A stretch of DNA of 64,000 nt from Bacteroidia bacterium (GTDB taxonomy: Bacteria; Bacteroidota; Bacteroidia; SpSt-205), in contig JANWXY010000043.1 of the NCBI GenBank assembly GCA_025057135.1, positions 99-64,098 of the forward strand. Reading direction: 5' to 3'. Position 1 is the stretch's first letter. Each line of letters opens with the position of its first letter. The notes under the pieces were generated by a model. The model saw only the letters and a program-made list of their open reading frames with translations. It was not told the DNA's origin and did not search any database. Position numbers and translations under genes: made by a program. Of the stretch, positions 28,870 to 38,207 are shown piece by piece.

Positions 28870-28875
28870 CGCCCC

Positions 28876-29175
28876 ATGGCAGCACCAGCGAAGAAGAAAA
28901 AAACCGCTCGCTCCAAAACGGCATTGAAACGCCACCGCAAGGCCCTCCGCCGTCGTCAGAGAAACCTTCTCTGGAAAGCGCAGTACAGGCAGGCCCTTCG
29001 TGCCTTGCGAAATGAAAATGAGCTTTCTAAACTACCTGAGCTTCTGCGCAAAGTCCATTCTGTTTTAGACCGAATGGGACGGAGAAACATTTTTCACAGG
29101 AATAAAGTCGGGCGACTAAAGTCTCGTTTGGCCCAATATGTAGCGAAGCGCTTAGCTGGTAATCCATCTGTGTGA
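28876..29175 (+). CDS. rpsT: 30S ribosomal protein S20
   Basis: The 99-aa product starts MAAPAKKKKTARSKTALKRHRKAL and contains NIFHRNKVGRLKSRLAQYV, typical of bS20. The start is set 6 nt after a TAACTTTG box, and the ORF-track 5' extension is rejected. Confidence 0.85.
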   Translation: MAAPAKKKKTARSKTALKRHRKALRRRQRNLLWKAQYRQALRALRNENELSKLPELLRKVHSVLDRMGRRNIFHRNKVGRLKSRLAQYVAKRLAGNPSV

Positions 29176-30624
29176 TTGCCTTTCGTGTCTAACCAGCCGA
29201 AAAAAGGGTTCTGGGCGCACCCTCGGGGCTTATATGTCCTGTTCTTTTCAGAGATGTGGGAGCGTTTTAGCTACTATGGCATGCGGGCCATATTGGTCTT
29301 GTATCTCACCCGCTTCGTGAATTACCCCCGTGATGCTGCTTTAGAGATATTCGGCTTATATACAGGTCTGGTTTATCTCACGCCTTTGTTGGGGGGATTC
29401 CTTGCGGATAGATGGTTGGGGCACAGGGGCACCGTGCTATCGGGAGCTTTTCTGATGATGGTAGGGCATTTTGCGATGGCTTTTCCAAGCATGCTTTTTC
29501 CCGCTTTGTCTTTACTTATCTTAGGCAATGGCTTATTCAAGCCTAACATCTCCACGATAGTGGGCTCTCTCTATGTCTTGAATGACCCTCGGCGAGATGC
29601 CGCGTTCACTATTTTTTATATGGGTATCAATCTGGGGGCTTTTTTCTCGCCTCTGGTATGTGGTACGCTTGCAGAGAGTTACTCGCCACACTGGGGATTT
29701 GCTGCGGCGGGTGTGGGTATGCTGATTAGTCTGCTGATATTTTTCTGGGGGCTACCAACACTGCGTCCGGCCAGAAGCAGCTGGCAGCCTCTTACTCGCG
29801 GTGAGCTCGGACGAATCATCTTGACTACCACTGTGGGAGTGGGCTTAGCTTTTGGGGGGACTATCTTAGCACAGCAGATCGGGCGGACTGCGGTTTCTGC
29901 GGCTTTCCGATGGGCAGTACTCAGTGCCGTTGTAGCTGTGATCCTCTATCTTGCTTACAGGCTTAGGACCCCCTCCGAAATCAAGCGGGCCGCGTCTATC
30001 CTCATTCTTGTTGTATTTACAATGATATTTTGGATGGGCTTTGAACAAGCGGGCGGGACACTAAATCTTTTTGCATATGAAGAAACCGACCGAGTTATAC
30101 GCATAGGCAGCTACCAGTGGGAGTTTCCGGCGCCATATTTCCAAGCTCTCAATCCCCTTCTCATATTTATTTTAGCTCCCCTTTTTTCGGTATTCTGGGT
30201 AGCTCTTGCTCAGCGCAAGCGCGAGCCTTCCACACCTGTCAAGATGGCTTTGGGGCTTCTCCTTTTAGCGGCGGGGTTTGCAGTGATGAGTATTGCAGAT
30301 GCTCGTTCCCTGACTCAGAAAGTCAGTCCTCTCTGGCTGGTTTCTGTGTATGTCCTTCACACTCTTGGCGAGCTATGCTTGTCCCCTGTGGGTTTGTCTA
30401 TGGTTACTCGTGTATCGCCATCCTCAGTTACGGCTCTAATGATGGGGGTATGGTTTCTTTCTTCGGCATTTGGAAACTACATGGCGGGCGTCTCTGAAGA
30501 GCTACTGGATGCCTATCAGTTACCGCTTTACAGTACTCTTACGGTCGTAGCGGCGCTGGGAGGTGTTGTTTTACTTCTCATCGCTCGTCCTCTGAATAGA
30601 TGGATGCAGGCTCCTTCTGCATAA
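29176..30624 (+). CDS. Proton-dependent oligopeptide transporter (POT/PTR2 family, DtpT-like)
   Basis: It has the PTR2 signatures WERFSYYGMRAILVLYL and GGFLADRWLG, plus about 12-14 TM segments. A TTG start directly follows the rpsT stop, and GTG 29185 is an alternative. Confidence 0.9.
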   Translation: MPFVSNQPKKGFWAHPRGLYVLFFSEMWERFSYYGMRAILVLYLTRFVNYPRDAALEIFGLYTGLVYLTPLLGGFLADRWLGHRGTVLSGAFLMMVGHFAMAFPSMLFPALSLLILGNGLFKPNISTIVGSLYVLNDPRRDAAFTIFYMGINLGAFFSPLVCGTLAESYSPHWGFAAAGVGMLISLLIFFWGLPTLRPARSSWQPLTRGELGRIILTTTVGVGLAFGGTILAQQIGRTAVSAAFRWAVLSAVVAVILYLAYRLRTPSEIKRAASILILVVFTMIFWMGFEQAGGTLNLFAYEETDRVIRIGSYQWEFPAPYFQALNPLLIFILAPLFSVFWVALAQRKREPSTPVKMALGLLLLAAGFAVMSIADARSLTQKVSPLWLVSVYVLHTLGELCLSPVGLSMVTRVSPSSVTALMMGVWFLSSAFGNYMAGVSEELLDAYQLPLYSTLTVVAALGGVVLLLIARPLNRWMQAPSA

Positions 30625-30641
30625 GCTTTTTGGGTCTCTCT

Positions 30642-30649
30642 TACTTTTG
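30642..30649 (+). promoter_or_regulatory. -7 box TACTTTTG, 10 nt upstream of ATG 30660
   Basis: It matches exactly. Confidence 0.45.
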
Positions 30650-30659
30650 AATCGGGTCT

Positions 30660-31814
30660 ATGGAGTGGACAACTTTACTTAGCCCTGTCGCTGGACATCC
30701 GATGCATTCCCAGCGGCTTTCTATCGCAGCGAGTTTTCCATCTGGGCATTCAGCCGTAGAAGAGGCTCTTTCACGGGAGGTGACGGCGGTTTTTGTAGGG
30801 TACCCTTATTACTACCTCAGAGGCTACTACCGTTCTGTATTGGCTGCCCCTGCATTCATACGACGGAAGTTGTACAGATTAGCTCTCCCGAGCCCTGCAA
30901 TGAGGATAGTGGATTTAGGCAATATCCAGAGCGATAAACCTGCCGAAGCCCTCGAGATTGTTGTGAATGAACTGCTCCGCTTAGGGCATCGTGTGGTTAT
31001 TTTAGGGGGAGGGCAGGAGGCCGCTCATCCGCTATTTCGGGCGGTGGCTGCCCAGGAGATGCCCTTTACTTATACTCTCATTGACCGAAAGTTAGACCTG
31101 CTGGATACCATATCTATGGAGGAGGCTCCTTATAGGCGTTTCCATCGTGATATGCTCATAGATAATAGCATTGACGTGACTACCCATGGTCAAATCATCG
31201 GTCTCGCTTGGCATTGGGTCAGTCCAGCTGAGGAAGAAATTTTACATAGCCATCTACGAGTGCCGTATCTGCGTCTGAATGAGATACTTTCCGACCCAAA
31301 CAGAGCGGAGCCTTATCTTCGTCTGCCTGCACTTGTCAGCATGGACTTGGGCGTGGTGCGCGGCGCAGACGCTCCGTCGGTTTTAGATGCAGAACCCGAA
31401 GGCCTCCCTATTGAAGTCGCTGCTAAGCTTATGCGTTTTGCAGGCATGGGATATAGAACCGATGTTCTTCACATCGCCAACTACCTGCCGCTCAAGGATG
31501 GGGATAGGCGCACTGCTGCCGCCGTGGCTCTTCTGGTATGGTATTATTTAGAGGGGCGAGTAAATCCTCAGGACGATTTTCCCGCAGCTGATCGGCATAA
31601 CTTGGTCAGGTATAGCGTGCCCGTCGCTCACTCGGATATCCAAGAGCTGATTTTCTATCAACATCCACGCACAGGACGCTGGTGGATGGAAGTTTCATCC
31701 ATAATGAGCGCTGGACCAAGTCGGCTTTTCCCTTGCACCAGATATGAGTATGAGGTAGCCCTTACGGGCGAAGTTCCAAGACTCTGGGAGATTATACAGC
31801 TTACTATGGTGTGA
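30660..31814 (+). CDS. Conserved hypothetical, arginase/ureohydrolase-fold-like protein with degenerate metal-binding motifs (tentative)
   Basis: The segments VVILGGGQEAAH, TLIDRKLDL and VSMDLGVVRGADAPSV line up by eye with the arginase-family motifs GGDHS, DAHxD and SxDxDxxDP. The Mn ligands appear to be replaced. Confidence 0.4.
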   Translation: MEWTTLLSPVAGHPMHSQRLSIAASFPSGHSAVEEALSREVTAVFVGYPYYYLRGYYRSVLAAPAFIRRKLYRLALPSPAMRIVDLGNIQSDKPAEALEIVVNELLRLGHRVVILGGGQEAAHPLFRAVAAQEMPFTYTLIDRKLDLLDTISMEEAPYRRFHRDMLIDNSIDVTTHGQIIGLAWHWVSPAEEEILHSHLRVPYLRLNEILSDPNRAEPYLRLPALVSMDLGVVRGADAPSVLDAEPEGLPIEVAAKLMRFAGMGYRTDVLHIANYLPLKDGDRRTAAAVALLVWYYLEGRVNPQDDFPAADRHNLVRYSVPVAHSDIQELIFYQHPRTGRWWMEVSSIMSAGPSRLFPCTRYEYEVALTGEVPRLWEIIQLTMV

Positions 31815-31870
31815 TATTCTGTGCCTGAGGGGCATGTAAATCACGATTATTTTTTTGAGGGCTTTTTCAG

Positions 31871-31878
31871 TACCTTCG
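31871..31878 (+). promoter_or_regulatory. Variant -7 box TACCTTCG, 6 nt upstream of M1 peptidase ATG 31885
   Basis: It is a TAnnTTCG variant. Confidence 0.35.
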
Positions 31879-31884
31879 TTTGTG

Positions 31885-34800
31885 ATGTGGTCGTATAGAG
31901 GGCGTCTGAGTTTCTTTATCGTATGGGCATGGGGATGGGCTCAGAAAAGCTACTTCCAGCAGCGAGTGGAATACTACATACAAGTGCGATTAGAGCCGCA
32001 AAATCACATTTTACGGGGTTTCTATCGTCTACGGTACAAAAACAATAGCCCCGATACGCTCACGGGTTTATACATGCACCTGTCTCCAAATGCGTATAGC
32101 CGCCGAGGCACCGCCTTTGACAGGCAGCAGCGTTTGTCCGGCAAAGCAGCGTTTTACTTCGCTGCGGAAGGGGATAGGGGCTTCATGGATAGCTTGGATT
32201 TTCATATAGGAGGAGAAAAGATCAAGCCCTTGCCTGCTAAAAAGGGGCCTCCACCCGCAATAGGACATAGCCGAACTGTCCTCAAACACGCGCCTGATGT
32301 GGTATGGCTGCCTTTTCCTAAGCCGCTCCCGCCCGGAGAGACCATACAAATAGAGACGCCTTTTCGAGTGAAAGTTCCCAAGCTCTTCTCACGCATGGGA
32401 CGGGATGGGGTGGAGTATGCGATTACGCAGTGGTATCCCAAACCTGCCGTATATGACCGCTACGGCTGGCATCCTCTACCGTACTTAGACCAAGGGGAGT
32501 TTTATGGAGAGTGGGGAAAGTATGAAGTAGAAATAGAAGTACCAGAAAACTTTTTGGTGGCGGCGACGGGACGACTGGAGACTCCACAGGAGCATGAGTG
32601 GCTCAGACAGAGGGAGACAGAAACGCGCCGTTGGATTGATTCGGCGCCCTCTCCCGCTAAATCACAAGGCAGCAGAACGATAAAGCTCCCATTTGTGCGT
32701 ATCAAGCTTCCCAATCTCACCGATGACTCAACGGCAACGCTGAAACTGCCTGATTGGGCGAGTAGCACTTCTATCGCCCCGAGATATAAAAGATTGCGCT
32801 TCGTGCAGGATAGCGTGCATGATTTCGCCTGGTTTTGCGACCCGCGATATGGATTGATTAGCGATACAATCACTTTGTCTAATGGTCATCGGGTGGCATG
32901 TGTGAGTGTCTTTCCCCTCTCTGTGTATCTATCTTGGCAGCATGCGCCTAACTATATCGCCGAAGCCATTCAGACTTTGAGTAAGTCTGTCGGACCATAT
33001 CCTTACACTCACGCCACTGCCGTAGCAGGGGGCTTGGAGGCTGGCGGTGGAATGGAGTATCCCATGATAACAATCATCATCCCTACAAAAGACACCGCTA
33101 CACTTCGGCAAATCGTAGTGCACGAGGTAGGACATAATTGGTTTCAAGGACTCCTCGGGTCTAATGAACGCCTTCATCCTTGGCAAGATGAAGGGGTCAA
33201 TAGCTACTACGAGCGCCGAATTCTATCGGGGAAGCCCACTCCCGAAGGTACTAGTCTTCAAGTACAAGGGCTTATGATGGAAGGGGTGGGTATATCCCCA
33301 GTAGCCGCCGCTTATCACCACCTAAATGCCGATGTCGCACCAGCAGCATCGGCATACAGGCACAGTTTGCTCTCATATGGGTTAGGGGTGTATGATCAGA
33401 CGAGTTCTATCCTCTCTGCCGCTGTATTTGCTTTCACACCTGAAAGGTGGGATGCTGGTATGCAGCGCTATTTTAGCCGATGGGCATTTCGGCACCCTTA
33501 TCCCACAGATTGGGCTGAGAGCTTAGAGGAGGTAGGGCTGCCAGGAAATGCTCTCCTCAGGTATCTCATGACCGACCGCGAGACTGACATAAAGTTGAAC
33601 TTTCGGCGTTTAGACGATACTACCTATCAGGTACATGTAAAAGAACCTACGGCTATCCTACCTCGTCCTTTTGCTGTGGAGGCTATGGCGCTGAGTCGTA
33701 AAAACGCTCCCCTCCGAACTTATCGCTTGCCAATAGACACCTCGGTGGTCGTGTCTCTCCCTCAGGGTTCCGATGTTTTCGTGATCAATCCCACCATGTC
33801 CCTTTATGAGCGACGGGTGGGAAACAACTTCTTTTTCACCAGGGGGCTGCTTCGCAGTTGGCGAAGAGTGCGTTTTGTATCGCTTTTTCCCAAAAGCTTG
33901 CCTCAGAGCCATATTACTCATGTAGGGCTTTTCCCGGCACTGGGCTATAACTTTCGGGATGGTCTCCTAATAGGTTTGGGAGCCTATCATGGGCTTTTCC
34001 CGAAGCGGATAGGGGAGTTTCATCTTCTGCCGATGTACAGTCTGTTGCGAGCAGATTGGCGAGGTAGCGGGGGGCTGACGTTTCGGGCCTATCCTTATGA
34101 CAGCCCAGTCCAGCTTGTGGAGATGCGGTTGCGGACAGCCAACTTCGCCGGTTTCTGGCGTACAAAAGCTTCCGTAGAATTGACTTTTCGTCCCTCATAT
34201 GATCGCTTTGTCGGGCGACAGGTATTGAGGATTCGCAGTCATCATCTTGCTTTTCAAGATTTGGAGCGGAAAACTTATTCTTGGCTGAATGAGGAGCTTC
34301 CCGCTTACTTAGCTGTGGATTGGGAGGGACGCAGAGAAGAGGCTATTCTCACAGCTTCCTGGATGGCATCCGTAGGACACAACTTGAAAGGACACCCCAG
34401 AGTAGAAGCCGAGGGATGCCTAAGCTGGCAGCTCCTTCGTAAGTGGCGACTTTGGTCTCGTTTATATGCAGGTTGGACCTCAGAGGCTGCCCCAGCTTAT
34501 ATGCATTTTCGGGTGAGTGGTTTTGACCCATTCGGTGAAGCGGTTTTGTTAGACCGCTTCCGAGAAAGTAGCTCTAACTTGCTCAGGCAGCAGATCGTAG
34601 AGACGCAGGGAGGGGCACGCTTCCCCACGGACACGCTTTTTTCTGCGTCCCTTTTGGCGGCGAATGTGGAAGTGCCAGTTCCCGGCGTTTCTATTCTAAC
34701 CTTACGGGCAGATGTAGGGTATTTTCCTATTGAGAATCGCTCATGTTGGGGAGTAAGCGTCGGATTTCCGGTAATAAGATTTCGGGATAGGTTACTTGCA

Positions 34801-34929
34801 GGCGGATACTTCCCCGTGTATGGTGAGGCTTATGCAGGTCGGTTTCCACGAGACTTCCGCAGTGTGATTGATTGCTTTGTATGGAGTGTGCAGATACCTT
34901 TGGACCTGCGCTGGGCAATACCTTGGTAA
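31885..34929 (+). CDS. M1-family (gluzincin) metallopeptidase with long C-terminal extension
   Basis: It has HEVGHNWFQG followed by WQDEGVNSYYE (HExxH-x18-E). The signal peptide ends GWAQ. The start is moved to ATG 31885, 6 nt after a TACCTTCG box. Confidence 0.8.
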   Translation: MWSYRGRLSFFIVWAWGWAQKSYFQQRVEYYIQVRLEPQNHILRGFYRLRYKNNSPDTLTGLYMHLSPNAYSRRGTAFDRQQRLSGKAAFYFAAEGDRGFMDSLDFHIGGEKIKPLPAKKGPPPAIGHSRTVLKHAPDVVWLPFPKPLPPGETIQIETPFRVKVPKLFSRMGRDGVEYAITQWYPKPAVYDRYGWHPLPYLDQGEFYGEWGKYEVEIEVPENFLVAATGRLETPQEHEWLRQRETETRRWIDSAPSPAKSQGSRTIKLPFVRIKLPNLTDDSTATLKLPDWASSTSIAPRYKRLRFVQDSVHDFAWFCDPRYGLISDTITLSNGHRVACVSVFPLSVYLSWQHAPNYIAEAIQTLSKSVGPYPYTHATAVAGGLEAGGGMEYPMITIIIPTKDTATLRQIVVHEVGHNWFQGLLGSNERLHPWQDEGVNSYYERRILSGKPTPEGTSLQVQGLMMEGVGISPVAAAYHHLNADVAPAASAYRHSLLSYGLGVYDQTSSILSAAVFAFTPERWDAGMQRYFSRWAFRHPYPTDWAESLEEVGLPGNALLRYLMTDRETDIKLNFRRLDDTTYQVHVKEPTAILPRPFAVEAMALSRKNAPLRTYRLPIDTSVVVSLPQGSDVFVINPTMSLYERRVGNNFFFTRGLLRSWRRVRFVSLFPKSLPQSHITHVGLFPALGYNFRDGLLIGLGAYHGLFPKRIGEFHLLPMYSLLRADWRGSGGLTFRAYPYDSPVQLVEMRLRTANFAGFWRTKASVELTFRPSYDRFVGRQVLRIRSHHLAFQDLERKTYSWLNEELPAYLAVDWEGRREEAILTASWMASVGHNLKGHPRVEAEGCLSWQLLRKWRLWSRLYAGWTSEAAPAYMHFRVSGFDPFGEAVLLDRFRESSSNLLRQQIVETQGGARFPTDTLFSASLLAANVEVPVPGVSILTLRADVGYFPIENRSCWGVSVGFPVIRFRDRLLAGGYFPVYGEAYAGRFPRDFRSVIDCFVWSVQIPLDLRWAIPW

Positions 34930-34999
34930 AGAGAGTTCGGTATGTAATCTCTCGGAGGCATACCCACGAGTAGATTTTCCGCCGGTAGGGAATAAAGCC

Positions 35000-36577
35000 T
35001 CAGTTCGCTTTTTCGGCGTGCTCAGGGGGTATTCTCTCTAAGCCTTTTAGCGTACGACGGTAGGACAAATCGCACCGCTCGCAGGAGTAGAGCTTTTCTG
35101 GCTCCACCTCTTTGAGGGTCTCGCCGCATTCACATACCCAGCCAACCTGCCGAGCAGGATTACCTACCACCAAGGCATGATCAGGAACATCATGTAGAAC
35201 CACAGCCCCCGCTCCCACCATTGCGAAGCGCCCTATTGTTGTACCACACATAATCGTGGCATTCGCTCCGAGGGTGGCTCCTTGCTTTACGCGAGTTTGG
35301 AGAAACTCATTTCTCCGTTCAATAAAAGCCCGTGGATACTTGTCATTTGTAAAGACGCATGAAGGCCCGCAAAGCACCCCATCCTCTAACTCCACGCCAT
35401 AGTAAAGGGAGACATTGTTCTGTATTTTGCAGTTATTCCCCACTCGCACAAAAGGACCTACGACTACATTCTGTCCGAGGACGCAGTTTTTCCCTATGCG
35501 GCTACCTTTGAGGATATGACTAAAATGCCAGATTTTCGTTCCCTCGCCTATTTCAACATCTTCATCTACGAGAGCTGTTGGATGGATGAAGTAGGGTACG
35601 GGCCCTTGGGCTTCGGGAAATAGTCGGCGATATAGCTTTTCGGTGAGTTGTATAACAGGTAGGAGGGCTCTGGCGGAGGTGCGCGGTTCAGTACGATGTT
35701 GCACGCAGGATAAAAAATGTTCCATCTCTGCGGCGAGAGGCTCGTAATCAGGGAGAGGAATAAGCTCCTGCCGAGCGGCCACAGAGAGCGTCGGTATGCG
35801 CCCTTCCATCCATCGCAGCCGATGTGGGTAGAAGCATAGTTCGGGCTTTCCCTTTTCCTCAGAAAATACCAGCATACCTTCTGTGCCGACGAGGGTAAGT
35901 TTGCGGCGGCGCTCCGGTTGCATCCAACTGGCGAAGATTTGACCACGCAAACCTGATGAGAATTCTAAATCGATCCAGACTGTCTCAGGCATGGAAGCTG
36001 TAAGGGTAGCTTGGGCATGCGCTTCACCTTTTGAAGGAAGCTCATTTAGGAGGTAAAGAAGGAGACCTATGTCGTGAATAGCTAACCCCCAAAGTGCATC
36101 TTCGCTCAGGGGGAAGCGTCCCAACCCCGTACGCTCAGCTTGGAAGGTTAGGAGCTTCCCCAAGGCCCCCTCACGGAGGAGAGCCTGTATCTTTTCCACT
36201 GCCGGGTGATAGTGAAGGATATGCCCACCCATGAGAAGCCTGCCGCGACTATCTGCGATTTCAATCAAACGTTGAAGCTGCGCCACCGAAAAAGCTATGG
36301 GCTTCTCACAAAAAACATCTTTCCCCGCTGAGAGTGCAGCTTCTATGAGATATGGATGGGTCGCCGCTGGGGTAGCGATGACTACCCCCCGACAGGCACT
36401 CTCGCTCCACATCTCTTCTAAGTTTCCCACCCATGATATGTCAGGGTAAGCCGCCCGTAGAATAGCCCGCTTCTCAGACGAACGCGTATAAACCCACCCG
36501 AGCGTTTGTGAGCTGTGGAGCACCCGTAGTAGCTGCTCTCCCCATCGCCCTACGCCTATGAGCCCTATGTATTTCAC
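35000..36577 (-). CDS. Bifunctional Gfo/Idh/MocA-type sugar-nucleotide dehydrogenase fused to a left-handed beta-helix N-acetyltransferase (WbpB/WbpD-like) with C-terminal Cys4 ribbon
   Basis: It has an N-terminal Rossmann motif [10 protein letters not shown] and a C-terminal run of hexapeptide repeats ([32 protein letters not shown]..). The tail is CECGETL..SCERCD. The GTG start overlaps the upstream stop (GTGA). Confidence 0.75.
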   Translation of the reverse strand: MKYIGLIGVGRWGEQLLRVLHSSQTLGWVYTRSSEKRAILRAAYPDISWVGNLEEMWSESACRGVVIATPAATHPYLIEAALSAGKDVFCEKPIAFSVAQLQRLIEIADSRGRLLMGGHILHYHPAVEKIQALLREGALGKLLTFQAERTGLGRFPLSEDALWGLAIHDIGLLLYLLNELPSKGEAHAQATLTASMPETVWIDLEFSSGLRGQIFASWMQPERRRKLTLVGTEGMLVFSEEKGKPELCFYPHRLRWMEGRIPTLSVAARQELIPLPDYEPLAAEMEHFLSCVQHRTEPRTSARALLPVIQLTEKLYRRLFPEAQGPVPYFIHPTALVDEDVEIGEGTKIWHFSHILKGSRIGKNCVLGQNVVVGPFVRVGNNCKIQNNVSLYYGVELEDGVLCGPSCVFTNDKYPRAFIERRNEFLQTRVKQGATLGANATIMCGTTIGRFAMVGAGAVVLHDVPDHALVVGNPARQVGWVCECGETLKEVEPEKLYSCERCDLSYRRTLKGLERIPPEHAEKAN

Positions 36578-38145
36578 AAGCCTATTATGGTTTTCTGTCT
36601 CGGATACTTGACCAAGAAGCGAAAGGTTCGTGTCCAGGTATCACCAGGCATCAGTGTGACTTGCCAGCTGAGTTGTCCGCGGTCCGTATCTACTGTACCG
36701 CCTGCGGGGTCTATGACTTCTACTTTGATGTCTGAATGCCGGCTTATGGGAAGGCGTTCCCAGATAGTGAGGTGGACGGGCGCATTATAGGTGTGGGAAA
36801 TGCGCAGATTGTAGGTGAAATAGCGATGCACAGTACCACCTATGGAGCGTACATCTTTTAGGTCTTTGAGTTGGGTTCGTTTCACCTGCAAAAAAGGACT
36901 GCGTCCTAAGTCTAACCAGAGGGTATCTTCATTCAAAGAGGGAGACCATTGAATTCGGGCGACTTCTTGCCCATCTACCTCTATTACAGCCGGAGCAGGC
37001 TCCCAGAGTTTCATTGCACTCAGGGGCAAACCCGCTCTTAGATAAGCGGCTTCTTCCGCCGGTGCATTTACAAAGAAGCGGAGTACCCCTATCATGCTAT
37101 CTGCGGCGAGAAAAAATTGGGATTGACGGGCTCCGGCGAAGATGCGCTGCTTACCTAAATCATAAGTACGGGACACCGTCTGATCCGTGAATACGGGAGT
37201 GGAGAGACCCGCAGTTGCAGGTTCGGTAGCCGGTTCATCTGGGGTTGATGAGCTTGTTTCTTCCGTGGAAAAATCCCCTTGCTTTGTTTCTTCGGCTCTG
37301 GCATACGCCGACTTGAGCGTTGGCATGGTGGGTATGAGTAGGTCTACATACCATGGCTGAAAAGGAGGCATTTGACCTGAGCGTTCAGGCGTACCTGTCG
37401 ATAGAACGACTTGAATATCCTGCCAGTCTTCTCCCGAATTATTTTGAACGGAAGCCCATCGTTGAAATACGACTTTTCCCTCGTTCGGAATGACACGAAT
37501 GCGATAGGAAAGTTCCCAGGAAGCTGACGGTCCCGATAACTCCACTCGGACAGGTAAGATTTCAGGCTGGGGTGCGTAATAGCTAATGAATAAAACCGAA
37601 CGCTTCTGCTGAACCCCCCGCAGACGACTGTCATATATCTGTTTCAGATGTGAGAGTGTATCGCTGAGGGCTTTTTGACGCTTTTCCAAGGGGTGTCTCT
37701 CTTCCAATATGAGACTTAGTCGCCGCTCTATTAGGCTGAGGTACCTTTCTACTTCTAAGGAAGAGGTTTGTCCCTCTTCTCCGCCGAGTTGGATATTTTC
37801 ACTGAGCGTTTTTTCCTGCAGGGCAAGGACGGCGATACGATGCTGGAGCTTAGCCATGATGCTCTCCAAAGAGTCTATACGGCGCCGTAGCTGCTCCACA
37901 TCTGCTGGCAAAGCGCCCATAGGTTGTGCGACCGGTTCTACGCTGGTCTGAGTAATATAACCTCGGGCAGAGGGCGGTATGCTTACTCGCACACTGGAAG
38001 GGTCCGTTGGCTGAGGCAAGCCTTCCCACACGAAAGTGTTCAAGCCTTTTTTAGCGGAAAGCATCCCCGTATATCGGTACATCCCGCCTCGGGGATATAC
38101 GGTAACATGCGAAAGCGTGAGCACAAGGGACACGAGCGTATCCAT
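36574..38145 (-). CDS. DUF4140/DUF4139 (TIGR02231, MuiA-like) family protein
   Basis: The N-terminal [28 protein letters not shown] resembles DUF4140. A central coiled coil and a C-terminal beta-rich region follow. The start is moved to M8, 5 nt after a TACCTTTG box. Confidence 0.55.
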   Translation of the reverse strand: MDTLVSLVLTLSHVTVYPRGGMYRYTGMLSAKKGLNTFVWEGLPQPTDPSSVRVSIPPSARGYITQTSVEPVAQPMGALPADVEQLRRRIDSLESIMAKLQHRIAVLALQEKTLSENIQLGGEEGQTSSLEVERYLSLIERRLSLILEERHPLEKRQKALSDTLSHLKQIYDSRLRGVQQKRSVLFISYYAPQPEILPVRVELSGPSASWELSYRIRVIPNEGKVVFQRWASVQNNSGEDWQDIQVVLSTGTPERSGQMPPFQPWYVDLLIPTMPTLKSAYARAEETKQGDFSTEETSSSTPDEPATEPATAGLSTPVFTDQTVSRTYDLGKQRIFAGARQSQFFLAADSMIGVLRFFVNAPAEEAAYLRAGLPLSAMKLWEPAPAVIEVDGQEVARIQWSPSLNEDTLWLDLGRSPFLQVKRTQLKDLKDVRSIGGTVHRYFTYNLRISHTYNAPVHLTIWERLPISRHSDIKVEVIDPAGGTVDTDRGQLSWQVTLMPGDTWTRTFRFLVKYPRQKTIIGL

Positions 38146-38150
38146 GAAAG

Positions 38151-38158
38151 CAAAGGTA
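38151..38158 (-). promoter_or_regulatory. -7 box TACCTTTG, 5 nt upstream of DUF4139 ATG 38145
   Basis: It matches exactly on the minus strand and lies inside the longer ORF-track version. Confidence 0.5.
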
Positions 38159-38195
38159 GTCATCATTTCAGACTACCCCCCTCCGAGGGATTTTG

Positions 38196-38203
38196 TACTT
38201 TCG
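38196..38203 (+). promoter_or_regulatory. Variant -7 box TACTTTCG, 4 nt upstream of kbl ATG 38208
   Basis: It is a TAnnTTCG variant with spacer CTTT. Confidence 0.35.
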
Positions 38204-38207
38204 CTTT

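Noticed and set aside
28747-28875. 5' extension of the rpsT ORF (142-aa version), and the 69-aa version of the minus-strand ORF 28731-28940.
   Set aside because: The extensions overlap each other and contain the two divergent -7 boxes. The shortened products match the S20 and poly-basic micro-protein families.
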